Assembly: GCA_963710375.1 (NCBI GenBank)
Contig: CAVPZX010000003.1
Location: 374,084 to 438,083, forward strand
DNA: 64,000 nucleotides
Source: Nitrospirota bacterium
GTDB taxonomy: Bacteria; Nitrospirota; Thermodesulfovibrionia; Thermodesulfovibrionales; Dissulfurispiraceae
Reading direction: 5' to 3'
Part shown: positions 32,881 through 43,522 of the stretch, piece after piece
How positions within the stretch are numbered: the stretch's first letter is position 1
Layout: each line of letters opens with the position of its first letter
The notes under the pieces: model-generated
What the model saw: the letters and a program-made list of their open reading frames with translations, nothing else
Told to the model about the DNA's origin: nothing
The model's database searches: none
Made by a program: the position numbers and the translations under genes

Positions 32881-34389
32881 TTACTCTTTGCCTGTTCCTC
32901 TCGGTATGGGCAGGCGAATAAGGAATATGGTACCGCTGCCAGGTTTGCTATCGACTGCTATGCAGCCGTCGTGTTCTACTATGATTTCATGTACAATGGA
33001 TAACCCGAGCCCGGAACCTTTCCCAACGTCTTTTGTAGTAAAAAAAGGATCGAATACCTTGGGCAACACATCGGCATCTATACCCGATCCGGTATCCGAT
33101 ATCTCTATATCAACGGTATCGTCTTCAACAGTGCACTTACCATGATACTTCAGGTAATTGTATATCTCCGGTTCGTCTTCGTGCGCTTTCTCGATAGCAC
33201 TCCGCCGCTGCGCCCTGACATAGACTATGCCTTCGTCTGGAATAGCTTCGATGGCATTTTTGATCAGATTAAGAAAGACCTGCTGAATCCGCTGTTTGTC
33301 GGCGAATATTACCACGTCGTTTGGCACACTGACTTCTATATCGACTTTTGTCGGCACCTGCCCTTTTACAAAACGTATGGTCTCTTCAATGAGGTTTTTA
33401 AGCGGCAGCGTCTCTTTCTTGAAATCCTTGTTCCTCGAGAACTCAAGCAGCGACTTGACGATATTCCTTGCCCTGTCTGTCTGTTCGTCGATCTGTGAAA
33501 GGAGTTCCTTCTTATACTCCATGTCATCCTCAGCGACTTCTTCAGTTAGAATCTGGCATGAGGTTGAGATATTTGAAAGAGGGTTGTTGAGTTCATGAGC
33601 TATTCCTGACAGCAGGGTACCCAGCGATGCAAGTTTCTCTGTCTGGATAAGGTGCCTCTGCCGCAACTCGAGTTCCTTGAGCATTTTATTGAAAGCATTT
33701 GTAAGCGACACAATCTCCCTGTCTTTTGAGTCCATGTGTATGATTTCGAACCGTCCTTCCGCAATTGTTTCCATGCTTTCTTCGAGAAGCTTAAGCGGCT
33801 TGATCACCATCCTGGTCAGTATCTGCCCCACTACAATACCCAGAAGCGAAAGAGAGATGATCGAAATAATAAGCATGCTTTGTGAATTGTGAAGCTGGAC
33901 CTGGAGACGTTTTCTCTCGGTATTGGCAATATCATCAGCCGCGTCCACGATCTCTTTTCCCGTCTTTCTGATCATGCTGTCGAGGACTTCCTTATTCGAT
34001 GTCCCGATTTGCGGGTTTGCATATTGCTCCATCATTTTTTTGTATTCCTTCAGGTTTTGGAGCAGCATCGCGGTTTGCATTGGCCGGGCAACAGTATTGA
34101 ATTCAGCGAGATTGTCCTCAAGGGATTTTTGCGCCTGGCTCACATAATTAAGAGTTTCCCGGTAATCGGATTCATGCTTGTAGAGGAAAAAGTTCTTCTC
34201 AAAGCGCCGCGCTTCAAGCGTAGAATTGAAAAATTCAGTGATGGTTTTACCGAAAAGGATTTTTTTTTCAAAAAATCTGAGTTCCATAAATGAAAAAACG
34301 GAAAGGGCGATGATTATGGGGACAATTCCATAATAGCCGAATGCTATTTTTTGCCTGATACTCGGCCGGTACCTGAATTTTTTCAGCAT
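32881..34389 (-). CDS. Membrane sensor histidine kinase (2 TM, HAMP, HisKA, HATPase)
   Basis: EKLASLGTLLSGIAHELNNPL, QQVFLNLIKNA, DTGSG, FDPFFTTK, GSGLGL. Confidence 0.96.
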   Translation of the reverse strand: MLKKFRYRPSIRQKIAFGYYGIVPIIIALSVFSFMELRFFEKKILFGKTITEFFNSTLEARRFEKNFFLYKHESDYRETLNYVSQAQKSLEDNLAEFNTVARPMQTAMLLQNLKEYKKMMEQYANPQIGTSNKEVLDSMIRKTGKEIVDAADDIANTERKRLQVQLHNSQSMLIISIISLSLLGIVVGQILTRMVIKPLKLLEESMETIAEGRFEIIHMDSKDREIVSLTNAFNKMLKELELRQRHLIQTEKLASLGTLLSGIAHELNNPLSNISTSCQILTEEVAEDDMEYKKELLSQIDEQTDRARNIVKSLLEFSRNKDFKKETLPLKNLIEETIRFVKGQVPTKVDIEVSVPNDVVIFADKQRIQQVFLNLIKNAIEAIPDEGIVYVRAQRRSAIEKAHEDEPEIYNYLKYHGKCTVEDDTVDIEISDTGSGIDADVLPKVFDPFFTTKDVGKGSGLGLSIVHEIIVEHDGCIAVDSKPGSGTIFLIRLPIPRGTGKE

Positions 34390-34454
34390 GATTTCACTCT
34401 ATCATAAGAATATTGCAAAAAGCAACGATTGAGCAAAATGATGTAACATTAGGA

Positions 34455-34572
34455 AATAGTGAAACGTGAAAGGTGAATAGTGAATCGTCAATGGCATGCA
34501 AATCGGCGGCGTCTTAATGCTTGTCCTTACTTTTTCTTTTCACCTTTCACTTTTCACGATTCACCTTTCACT
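34455..34572. repeat. Heptamer-unit (GTGAANN/NNTTCAC) palindrome downstream of lon
   Basis: aatagtgaaacgtgaaaggtgaatagtgaatcgtcaa ... ttttcacctttcacttttcacgattcacctttcact. Confidence 0.75.
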
Positions 34573-34577
34573 GTTGT

Positions 34578-36594
34578 TTATGTCAGCACAAGATCGATGA
34601 CTTCATTAATGGTATCGGCGAAATGAATAGTCATGCCGTCTGTTACTTCGGCGGACAGCTCGTCCATTTCAGCCTTGTTGCGTTCAGGAAGAATAACGGT
34701 TTTTACATTAGCCCTTTTAGCTGCAAGGACCTTTTCTTTGATGCCCCGGACCGGTAATATCCGCCCGGTCAGCGTAATCTCTCCGGTCATGGCCACATCG
34801 CGTCTGGCTGGCCTCCTGGTCAGCAGCGAAAAAAGCGACATGGCTATGGTTATGCCTGCGGACGGGCCGTCTTTTTGTATGGCTCCGGAGGGCACATGAA
34901 TATGTATATCATGGTGCTCAAAAAAATCCTCCGGTATGCTGTAAAGGGCGGCATTGCTTCTCACGAAACTCAATGCTGCCTGCGCCGATTCTCTCATAAC
35001 TTCGCCAAGGGAACCGGTCATTATAAGTTCTTTCTTCCCCTTCATGGCTACAGCCTCGACAAAGATAATGTCGCCTCCCGCTTCGGTGAGTACAAGGCCT
35101 GTGGCAACTCCAATTTTGTCTTTCTCGCCGGCAACTTCGTAGTAATGATGCCCCTGTCCCAGATATCGAACAACATCACCGGGGGCGATAGTTACAGTAT
35201 TTGGTCTCGCATCGGGGGAGCTTGAGCACTGCACCATTTCTCTTGCTATCTTTCGGCATATGGTCGCAATCTCCCTTTCCATGTTCCTGGTGCCGGCTTC
35301 ATGAGTATAATTATCTATAATGCTTGCAATAGCGTCTTGAGTGAACACAACAGGGCCGTATTCGATACCCTTTTCCCTGAGCTGCCTGGGGACAATGAAT
35401 TGAGAAGCGATCTGTATTTTCTCTTCGCGCGTGAAGCCGGTGAATTCTATCACTTCCATGCGGTCTCTAAGCGGCGCAGGAATGTTTTCGATCGTATTGG
35501 AAGTCAGAATAAACACGACAAAGGAAAGATCAAATGGGACATCAAGATAGTGGTCAACAAAGCTGTGGTTTTGCTCAGAGTCCAGGACCTCAAGCAACAC
35601 TGAGGAGGGATCTCCCTTGAAATCACGACCTATTTTGTCGAGTTCATCCAGCATGATGACAGGATTGGAAGATTCCGCCCTCCGTATCTCTTCGATAATC
35701 CTTCCGGGTTTAGCGCCAACATAAGTACGGCGGTGGCCCCTCAGACTCTGCTTCGTCTTTCAGTCCGCCCAGCGCTATCCTGGCGAATTTTCTTCCCAGG
35801 GCGTCGGCGATGGCTTTGCCCATGGATGTCTTGCCTGTGCCGGGAGGGCCTGCAAAGCACAGGACAGAACCCCTGATGTTCTGAGTTTTTGTCCTGCTTT
35901 CCAGTGCCTCCCGAACAGCGGTGCGTACTTCCTCGAGTTTGAAGGGTTTCGAAATATAGGAGAAAGCGCCTTTCTTCATTGCCTCTACAGCAGAAGAGAC
36001 AGTGGCATACCCGGTCACCATTATGACCTTGGTATCGGGCCGCGTCTGTCTTATGCTTTCAAGTACTTCCAGGCCGCTGACACCCGGCATTTTAAGATCC
36101 GAGATTACCACATCGAATGAAGCCTCAGAAAGCTTTGCCAAAGCATCGCGGCCGTCCTCCGCGGTCAAAACTTCATACGCGTCTTTCTGAAGAATGTGCG
36201 ACAGGTTTTTTCTCGCGACTTCTTCATCATCGACGATAAGTATACGCGATTTTCTGTTCATGATAAGGGATTTGACCGCCAGATGTTCGAGAATCCTCTC
36301 TTTGATTGCAGGCAGGCCATAATGGTTCCTGTCCAGTATGGCTTTAGCGTTTGCAAGATCAATGCTGTCCTCAGTCTTTTTATTCCATGGAAGTGCCAGC
36401 AGGTAATCGATATAAGTCATGCCTATGGAATATTCCGTGGTAGAGGGACTTATCCTCGAAAGGCCCTCCAGTTCATGAAGGGCGATCTTTTCGACCCGGG
36501 GTGGCATATTGGCAGAGGCGATCGACTCCCGGAGTTCATCGAGCGCCGTCTCTTCCCGATGCTCGTCGCCATCGTTCTTTTTAAAGAATTTCAT
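34578..36594 (-). CDS. lon: Lon-type ATP-dependent protease lacking the N-domain, with inserted receiver domain; extra base at 35745 (about 671 aa if corrected)
   Basis: LPW, HYGL..IKERILEHLAV, REC, GPPGTGKT, DEAE|LRGHRRTYVGAKPGRII, MLDELDK, KDGPSAG, IKEK. Confidence 0.9.
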
Positions 36595-36854
36595 TGTTTG
36601 TATATTATCACAGATGCGTCAAATTAGGAATTTTAGTAGTGGGTCAGTGGTAATCTGCAGCCAATTTGCACAAGATGCAGAATATAATGAAATTTATTTG
36701 CGATACATAGTAAAATGACACCTATAGAGCGTTGCAGACCACTAAGCTCTCGGATGTCTTCAAGGTGAGTTTCTTGCCGGAATGACATTTCAACAATTTT
36801 ATGTAATGGATTTCGGGTTATCTTTATTTCTTGAAAGTTAACCCGGAGGTAATT

Positions 36855-39800
36855 ATGAGCCATAACTTATTTATAGATCAGATGGACTATATTTATTTCA
36901 TCTATGGTCTTGCCTTTATTCTGCTTGGTGCGGTGACTCACTTTCTGTCCCGTATTGACAAAAGGCTGCCCTGGACATGGCTCTGCATGTTCGGTTTTAT
37001 TCATGGCTTCAACGAATGGCTGGATATGTTGGCTTTCAGCCTGGGTAACAGTACTATATTCAGTCTTCTGCGTATGTTGTTAATGGTCGCTTCTTTTCTT
37101 CTTCTCGTGGAGTTTGCAAGAAATGGAACCTCTGCGTTGCAGGGGAGAAATGTGTCTAAGTGGGTTCTAGTGCCCTTTCTGGTGTTAGCTGTCTCTGGCG
37201 CATTAACAGGGATCGAGGGGTTAACTGTATCCTGCCGATATGCACTTGGCCTACCTGGAGGGATCTGGTCAGCATGGGTTTTATATCGCTATTCAGATAA
37301 GCCCGATCATTTGGAAAGCGGACGGTGGCTGACATATGCAGCCTTGGCAATGGCTTTTTATGGTTTTTCCGCAGGTTTTATAGTACCGCCATCAGCATTT
37401 TTCCCAGCATCTCAGATCAATTATGATTCGTTTCTCGCGACTGCTGGCTTCCCGGTTCAGGCAATGCGGTGTTTTCTGGCACTAGTTATCACTCTTGGTT
37501 TGTGGCAGCACTATCGTTCGTGTCATGAGTCTGTCATTTCAATATGGCAAAGATTCTCGTCATAGGCTCATAGGCCGCCTGCTGGTAATTGCTGTCATCT
37601 CTGTGCTTGCAATAGGTTGGGTAATGACAGGCTATTTTGGAAAAGTCGGATTCAACAATGATCTGGCACGTGGGCACTCGAGGTTAAAGTATTATCAGAT
37701 CCATTTATCTTCCCTGCTCCAGACAGTTGACAAGGTCGCGATTGCAGTTTCTGAAAGCCCATCTTTGAGCTCAATGACTTCAACTGGAGGGGGTATCAAT
37801 GAAAAAGCTGTTAATTCAACTGTTGACCGATACAGCAGCCTTGTTCCGGATACAATCATCTACATCATAAATACTGAAGGGATAACTGTTGCGTCATCCA
37901 ACCGAAACACACCATCGAGCTTCGTCGGCGTGTCTTATTTGAAGCGCCCATATTTTTCGGAAGCCTTGAAGGGAACTGCTTCGTTTTATGTAGCTATGGG
38001 AATTATGACAAAAAAACCGGGCTATTTTGCGAGCTACCCCATCCGTAATCGGTCCGGAAGAATCACAGGGGTAGCGGTTGTCAAATATACCTTAGATGTT
38101 GCAACTGAAGGTGAAGAGAATTACTTCTTGATTGATTACAATGGAATAATTCTTGGCGCCTCCAATCACGATCTGATTATGCGTGAGCTCTGGCCGCTCT
38201 CCGGGAATACCCGTCGGTTTCTGAGAGAGTCCGGGCAGTATCCCTTGTCAGGCAAGGCGCCTCTTTTGGCTGAAACACCTGAAAATGAAAAGCATGTTTA
38301 TTATGCCGGCAAGCAAGCCCGCTTTTTGATGATGGAAGTTCCTGACAAGAGAATGTCTTTTGTTTCTATCGGACAGTTCCGGGATCATAAACTGATGCGT
38401 CTGTTGGGTATCGGAGGCACCTTATTCATTGTCCTTCTCAACATCGGCGTCTTTATTATCGAAGAGCATCAGGAGGCGGATAAAGACGCTCTGCGAAAAT
38501 CGGAATATGCACTCCGCAGAGTTTTTGATCATGTATATGACGCTGTTCTTGTCCATGATCGGAACGGAGACATAATGGATATCAATGAGCGGGCACTCGC
38601 CCTATATGGCGTTACGCGTCAGGACGCTCTAAAAATGAGTATTATTAAAGATTTCTTAGGAAAGGACAATCCTGCGGATAAGGTTTCTTTATTGTGGGAA
38701 AAGGTGCTTCTCGGAGAGCCTCAAAACTTTGAATGTAAGGCTCGCCGACCCGGGGATGGCACTGAGTTTTATGTGGATATGTTTTTCGACAGGATGGAAC
38801 TTTCTGGAAGGCATGTTGTTGTTGCTACAGTCAGGGACATTACTGACAGCAAGAGGACAATGGAAGAGCTTCAGAAACTTTCACAAGCGATACGGCAAAG
38901 TGCATCTGCTGTTACCATAACAGACACGCAGGGCAGGATAGAATTTGTAAATCCGCAGGCTGAAAAAGTTACGGGATATTCGGCAAGCGAGGTTTTGGGG
39001 CAAAACCCAATGATGTTCAGATCCGGAATTCACCCCGATGAGTTTTACAATTCCATATTCGAGACCTTGAGGTCAGGGCACGAGTGGGTCGGCGAGATAT
39101 GCAACAGGAACAAAAAAGGTGACTTATACTGGGAGCACTCCTCTATCGCTCCTGTATTGAACCAAGAGGGCAATATCACTCATTACATCCTGGTCAATGA
39201 AGATATAACTGAGCGAAAACAGATTGAAGAGGCTCTCAAGAAGGCGAAGACGGCTGCGGAAGCGGCGAATGTGGCAAAGAGCGATTTTCTGGCAAACATG
39301 AGCCACGAAATCCGCACCCCATTGAACGGCATAATGGGGATGACCGGTTTGCTTCTAGACACAGGGCTTTCTGAGGAGCAGCGGAACTATGCCGAGATGC
39401 TGCGCTCAAGCGGCGAGCTGTTGCTGGGCCTGATCAACGACATCCTTGACTTCTCCAAGATAGAGGCAGGCAAACTGGAGATAGAGACAATAGAGTTTGA
39501 TCTGAGAAACACGCTTGAAGAGACTGCGGAGTTTCTGGCCTTGAGGGCCCACGAAAAGGGTCTGGAGTTAATATGCCGGATAGACCCCGGCGTCCACACA
39601 TTCCTAATAGGCGACCCTGGCCGGCTTCGCCAGGTATTAGTGAACCTGATAGGGAATGCCATCAAGTTCACCTCAGTGGGCGAGGTGGTTATCGAAGCGG
39701 TGACGGAATATGAGAGAGACGGTCAGGTAGCGGTGCGTTTCAATATTAGGGATACTGGCATTGGGATACCAGAAGACAAACTGCCTTTATTGTTTGACAG

Positions 39801-41247
39801 TTTTCAGCAGGTTGATGCCTCTACATCGAGGAAGTTTGGAGGCAGCGGCTTAGGGTTGGCAATATCTAGGCGTCTGGTTGAGCTAATGAATGGCAGGATA
39901 GGGGTTGAAAGCATAGAAGGGAAGGGTTCCAACTTCTGGTTTACAGCAGTGTTCGATAAGGGGAGTCAGCCGGACAGGGGAGAAATGCCTCCATTTGCCG
40001 ATATCAGCGGGGTGAGGATACTGTCAGTAGACGACAATGCGGTGAACCGCATCGTAATTGCAGAGCAGATGAAGTCGTGGGGGGTGCGCCATGCCGAGGC
40101 CGGGGGAGCTTTAACGGCAATGGAGATGCTCCATGCCGCTCAAGCTGAAGGGGATCCTTTTCGGGTTGTAGTTACTGATATGCAAATGCCTGGGATGGAT
40201 GGCGAAGCCCTTGCCAGGGCCATCAAGGCAGACCCAGTTTTGAGGGACACTTTGCTGATTATGCTGACATCCAGTGGAGTGAGGGGAGATTCAAAGCGGC
40301 TTGCGAGCCTTGGATTTTCCGCATATCTAACCAAACCTGTAAGGATGTTCCAACTGCACGACTGCATAGCCGCAGTCCTTGGCGGGAGCAGTCTGCATGA
40401 AAAGGCCCAGGAATCCGCCATTATTACGAAGCATTGGCTTCGTGAGGCATCCAGGCAGAATGCGCGCATTCTACTGGTGGAGGATAACAAAGTGAATAAA
40501 CTGGTGGCAGAGGGCATTCTGGGCAAATTGGGGTTTATTGCTGACACCGCTGACAATGGCCAGCAGGCGATCAATATGCTGGAAGCCGCTTCTTACGACA
40601 TAGTCTTCATGGATGTGCAGATGCCTGTTATGGATGGATATCAGGCGACCATGGCTATCCGGGGTGGCAAGACAAAGGCAGCGAATCCTAATGTACCTAT
40701 TATTGCAATGACAGCCCATGCCATGATGGGTGACAGGGAGAAATGCCTGCAATGTGGGATGGACGATTATATCTCAAAGCCGATCTCTCCGAGGAAGTTG
40801 TCCAAGGTGCTCGAAAAGTGGCTGCCACAGGCGCGGGTCAAGTTGCCGGCGGAAACTGATACGACCCATGATAAGACAGCAGCGGCAGTAGAAGCATTGC
40901 CGGTCTTTGACTATGCAGGGCTTATGGAACGAATAATGGATGACAAGGGTTTGGCTGGAACAATCGTTACGGCATTCATGAAAGAAATACCCTGGATGGT
41001 TGATGACCTCAGGGTGCAGATAGCGCGTGGCGATGCTGGACTTGCGGGCAGACAAGCCCACAAGATCAAGGGGGCAGCGGCCAACACAGGATGTATGGCA
41101 ATGAGCGCCATAGCAGCTGATATGCAGAAGGCCGGAGAACAAGGGGAAATGGAGACACTGATTGCACTTATGCCTGAGCTTGAAAGCCAGCTTGAGTTAC
41201 TGAAGGCTAAAATCAAAGACTCGGGGATAGTAGACAGGCGCAGTTGA
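36855..41247 (+). CDS. Hybrid histidine kinase (multi-TM + Cache + 2 PAS + HisKA + HATPase + 2 REC + Hpt); extra base at 37530 (about 1463 aa if corrected)
   Basis: [61 protein letters not shown]; ORFs 36831-37565 and 37495-41247 join. Confidence 0.88.
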
Positions 41248-41316
41248 AAGCGTCCCGATATGGCATTATTAATAATCCTTTTCATGATATAATTTTCTTA
41301 GCACAGGAGGACATTC

Positions 41317-41697
41317 TTGGAAGGACTAAGAATATTGGTAATAGACGATGAATATATCACGCGGATTTTTATTAAGAGTTGCCTGCAAATGTCTTTCCCG
41401 GGCTGCATAATAGTTGAGGCGGCCTCCGGACAAGCTGCATTAGAAAAGATTAAGAGCGAGCCATTCCATATTGTGCTGTGCGACTGGCAATTGCCGGATA
41501 TAAGTGGGGTCGAAATACTCGAATGGGTCAGGGTCGCATCGGATACAAAAAATATGCCCTTCATGATGATAACGGGTGATAGCAACAGGGAACACATTAC
41601 CAAAGCGATATCATTGGGGGTCTCGGGTTATGTCATCAAGCCATTGGACTGCGCGAGTCTGTCACAACGTATCGTAGCAGCATTGGTCCCAAAGTAG
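41317..41697 (+). CDS. CheY-like single-domain response regulator
   Basis: ILVIDDE, VLCDWQLP, MITG, YVIKP; AGGAGG RBS with TTG start. Confidence 0.9.
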   Translation: MEGLRILVIDDEYITRIFIKSCLQMSFPGCIIVEAASGQAALEKIKSEPFHIVLCDWQLPDISGVEILEWVRVASDTKNMPFMMITGDSNREHITKAISLGVSGYVIKPLDCASLSQRIVAALVPK

Positions 41698-41737
41698 CGC
41701 GGGATATCTGTAGAGACACTGCGCTAAGCCGGCCCGC

Positions 41738-42151
41738 TCAGTCACCTGCCTTGAGTATGCCCGATGCGGCAAGCGCCAGAATTAAAACCTCAATAACGGA
41801 GAAGACGACGTACAGCATATCTTTCTTTCTGTATAATATCGGGATGATCCTCAGATAACACAAGATCGTCACACCGGCAAGGAAAGCAATGCTGACGAAA
41901 TTAAGAAAATCACCTTTGCCGATCATGTACAACCAGGACCATCCCGAATGGATATGTGTAGCCGCAAGATATTTATGCACCGGCATGCCCCAGTATTTAG
42001 GAAGGTCACGCACCGGCACATGAGCCGGCAGGAGACCGCTAAGATAAATAATGAATATTACAATAAGCAAGAGCAAGCCGGCTTTCATCCCTAGTTCCAG
42101 GATGTTGGCGTATGCAAGCTGCTCCTCTGTCGCCTTTATTTTCTTATCCAT
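41738..42151 (-). CDS. DUF1634-like membrane protein
   Basis: EEQLAYANIL, YW, GWSWL..IGKGDFLNF; adjacent to TauE gene. Confidence 0.7.
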   Translation of the reverse strand: MDKKIKATEEQLAYANILELGMKAGLLLLIVIFIIYLSGLLPAHVPVRDLPKYWGMPVHKYLAATHIHSGWSWLYMIGKGDFLNFVSIAFLAGVTILCYLRIIPILYRKKDMLYVVFSVIEVLILALAASGILKAGD

Positions 42152-42196
42152 AAAATGTCTCCCCTGTGTACTGCCGTGGTTTCATATCTTTTAATT

Positions 42197-43162
42197 TCAT
42201 ATACCCAGTCCCTTAAGCAATGCCTTCAGACCGGCAAAAAGGAGTAAAACTATAACGATGTACCGTATCGCCGCCGGCTTTGTTTTTGCCAATATCCTGA
42301 CGCCGACTATCGAGCCCAGCATAATGCCGATAATGGACGGGACCACCATCATCGGAAGCACCGCACCGCGGTTCATATATATCCATGCCGCTGACGTGTC
42401 CGTGATGGAAAGCAGGAATTTACTCGTCGCCACCGCTACTTTCAAAGGGGCCCCCATCATCAGGTTCAGGACAGGAACATTCGCCCATCCCGCTCCCAGA
42501 CCGAACATGCCGGCCATGAAACCTATAATAATAAAAGTAGCGAGACCCTGCGGTGTCCTGTGTATCTGCCAGTTGACTTCATGGTCGCTGGACGGTTCGT
42601 AGTAAATGCCGTTTATCCTGAGCGCCATTGAAAGGGCGTCAGGATGTTTGACTTCCGGGTATACCGATTTTTTTGCTGTTAGCATAATGCCGACGATAGC
42701 GAGAATGGCCGCTCCGAGCGCTGTTTGAACTATTTTAGTCGGAAGCGCAAGTCCCACCATCGCTCCGACAATCGCACACGACGATGCAATGAGCGCGACA
42801 GGCATAGACAGCCGCAAATCCGCCATGCCTTTTTTCAACAAGCCGGGTCCTGCAGCCAGGGCGCCTGATAAAGCTACGAGGAGACCGGCGCCTCTCACAA
42901 AATCGAGATGGAACGGAAAAAAACCTGAGATGATCGGGACAAAGAGCACCCCACCTCCGACACCGCCCAATACAGCCACGATGCCCATAAGGAATGTAAC
43001 GACAAATAATGACAACGGCCACACCCACCATGGGACATTCGATGATGCCGCAGCCACCGGAGCCGAAGTTGCATCGGCTGATGCCACAGCATAGCCGTTC
43101 ATACCAAAAACAACCAATAAGATGGTTAAAAATAATATTAGTGCTGCTGATCCTCTCAACAT
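42197..43162 (-). CDS. TauE/SafE (TSUP) family permease
   Basis: GGVGGGVLFVP, GMFGLGAGWANVP, KVAVATS; start set to ATG 43162 by GGAAGG RBS. Confidence 0.9.
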   Translation of the reverse strand: MLRGSAALILFLTILLVVFGMNGYAVASADATSAPVAAASSNVPWWVWPLSLFVVTFLMGIVAVLGGVGGGVLFVPIISGFFPFHLDFVRGAGLLVALSGALAAGPGLLKKGMADLRLSMPVALIASSCAIVGAMVGLALPTKIVQTALGAAILAIVGIMLTAKKSVYPEVKHPDALSMALRINGIYYEPSSDHEVNWQIHRTPQGLATFIIIGFMAGMFGLGAGWANVPVLNLMMGAPLKVAVATSKFLLSITDTSAAWIYMNRGAVLPMMVVPSIIGIMLGSIVGVRILAKTKPAAIRYIVIVLLLFAGLKALLKGLGI

Positions 43163-43231
43163 TGTTTTATACCTTCCTTCTATCTTAATCGTTCCAGTTC
43201 GAAATGTCCTCACTCACTGTTAAGACCTATC

Positions 43232-43408
43232 TTATTCGGCTCTTAATTCTTTTCTCTTATCAGGTCTCTGGCGTTTGTCGGTGGAAGGCCTTTTTGTTTT
43301 CCTCGGCTCGTTTTCATTCATTATCTGACGGGCCGTCTCAAATTCTCCCTCTTCAGCAAAGGTCGCTGCCATCATCATAGTCTGAAATCTTTCGATTAAC
43401 CTTCTCAT
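43232..43408 (-). CDS. Small hypothetical protein with AATFAEEGEFETAR motif
   Basis: GAGGA RBS before ATG 43408; first gene of the TauE cluster. Confidence 0.7.
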   Translation of the reverse strand: MRRLIERFQTMMMAATFAEEGEFETARQIMNENEPRKTKRPSTDKRQRPDKRKELRAE

Positions 43409-43423
43409 GGTAGTCCTCACATT

Positions 43424-43456
43424 AAGATTCCCTGCGGGCGGACCGCAGGGAATCTT
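43424..43456. repeat. GC-rich palindrome (REP-like or terminator) downstream of fhs
   Basis: AAGATTCCCTGCGG-gcgga-CCGCAGGGAATCTT, 14-bp perfect stem; similar to 470-502. Confidence 0.7.
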
Positions 43457-43522
43457 CAGCTGTCATAAAACAACCCCACCCATAAAAACCGGATGGCTAA
43501 AGTAATCGCATCAAGCCGGAGT

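Noticed and set aside
35735..35755. Programmed ribosomal frameshifting in lon and the kinases
   Set aside because: No slippery run or evident stimulator, and the paralogous kinase lacks the extra base at the equivalent site.
41650..41670. Another AG[T]CTG insertion in the CheY-like gene
   Set aside because: The existing frame gives a normal final receiver helix; removing the T truncates it.
43484..43512. Sigma-54 promoter for the TauE cluster
   Set aside because: The TGGC...GC match is on the wrong strand and has 11-nt rather than 10-nt spacing.
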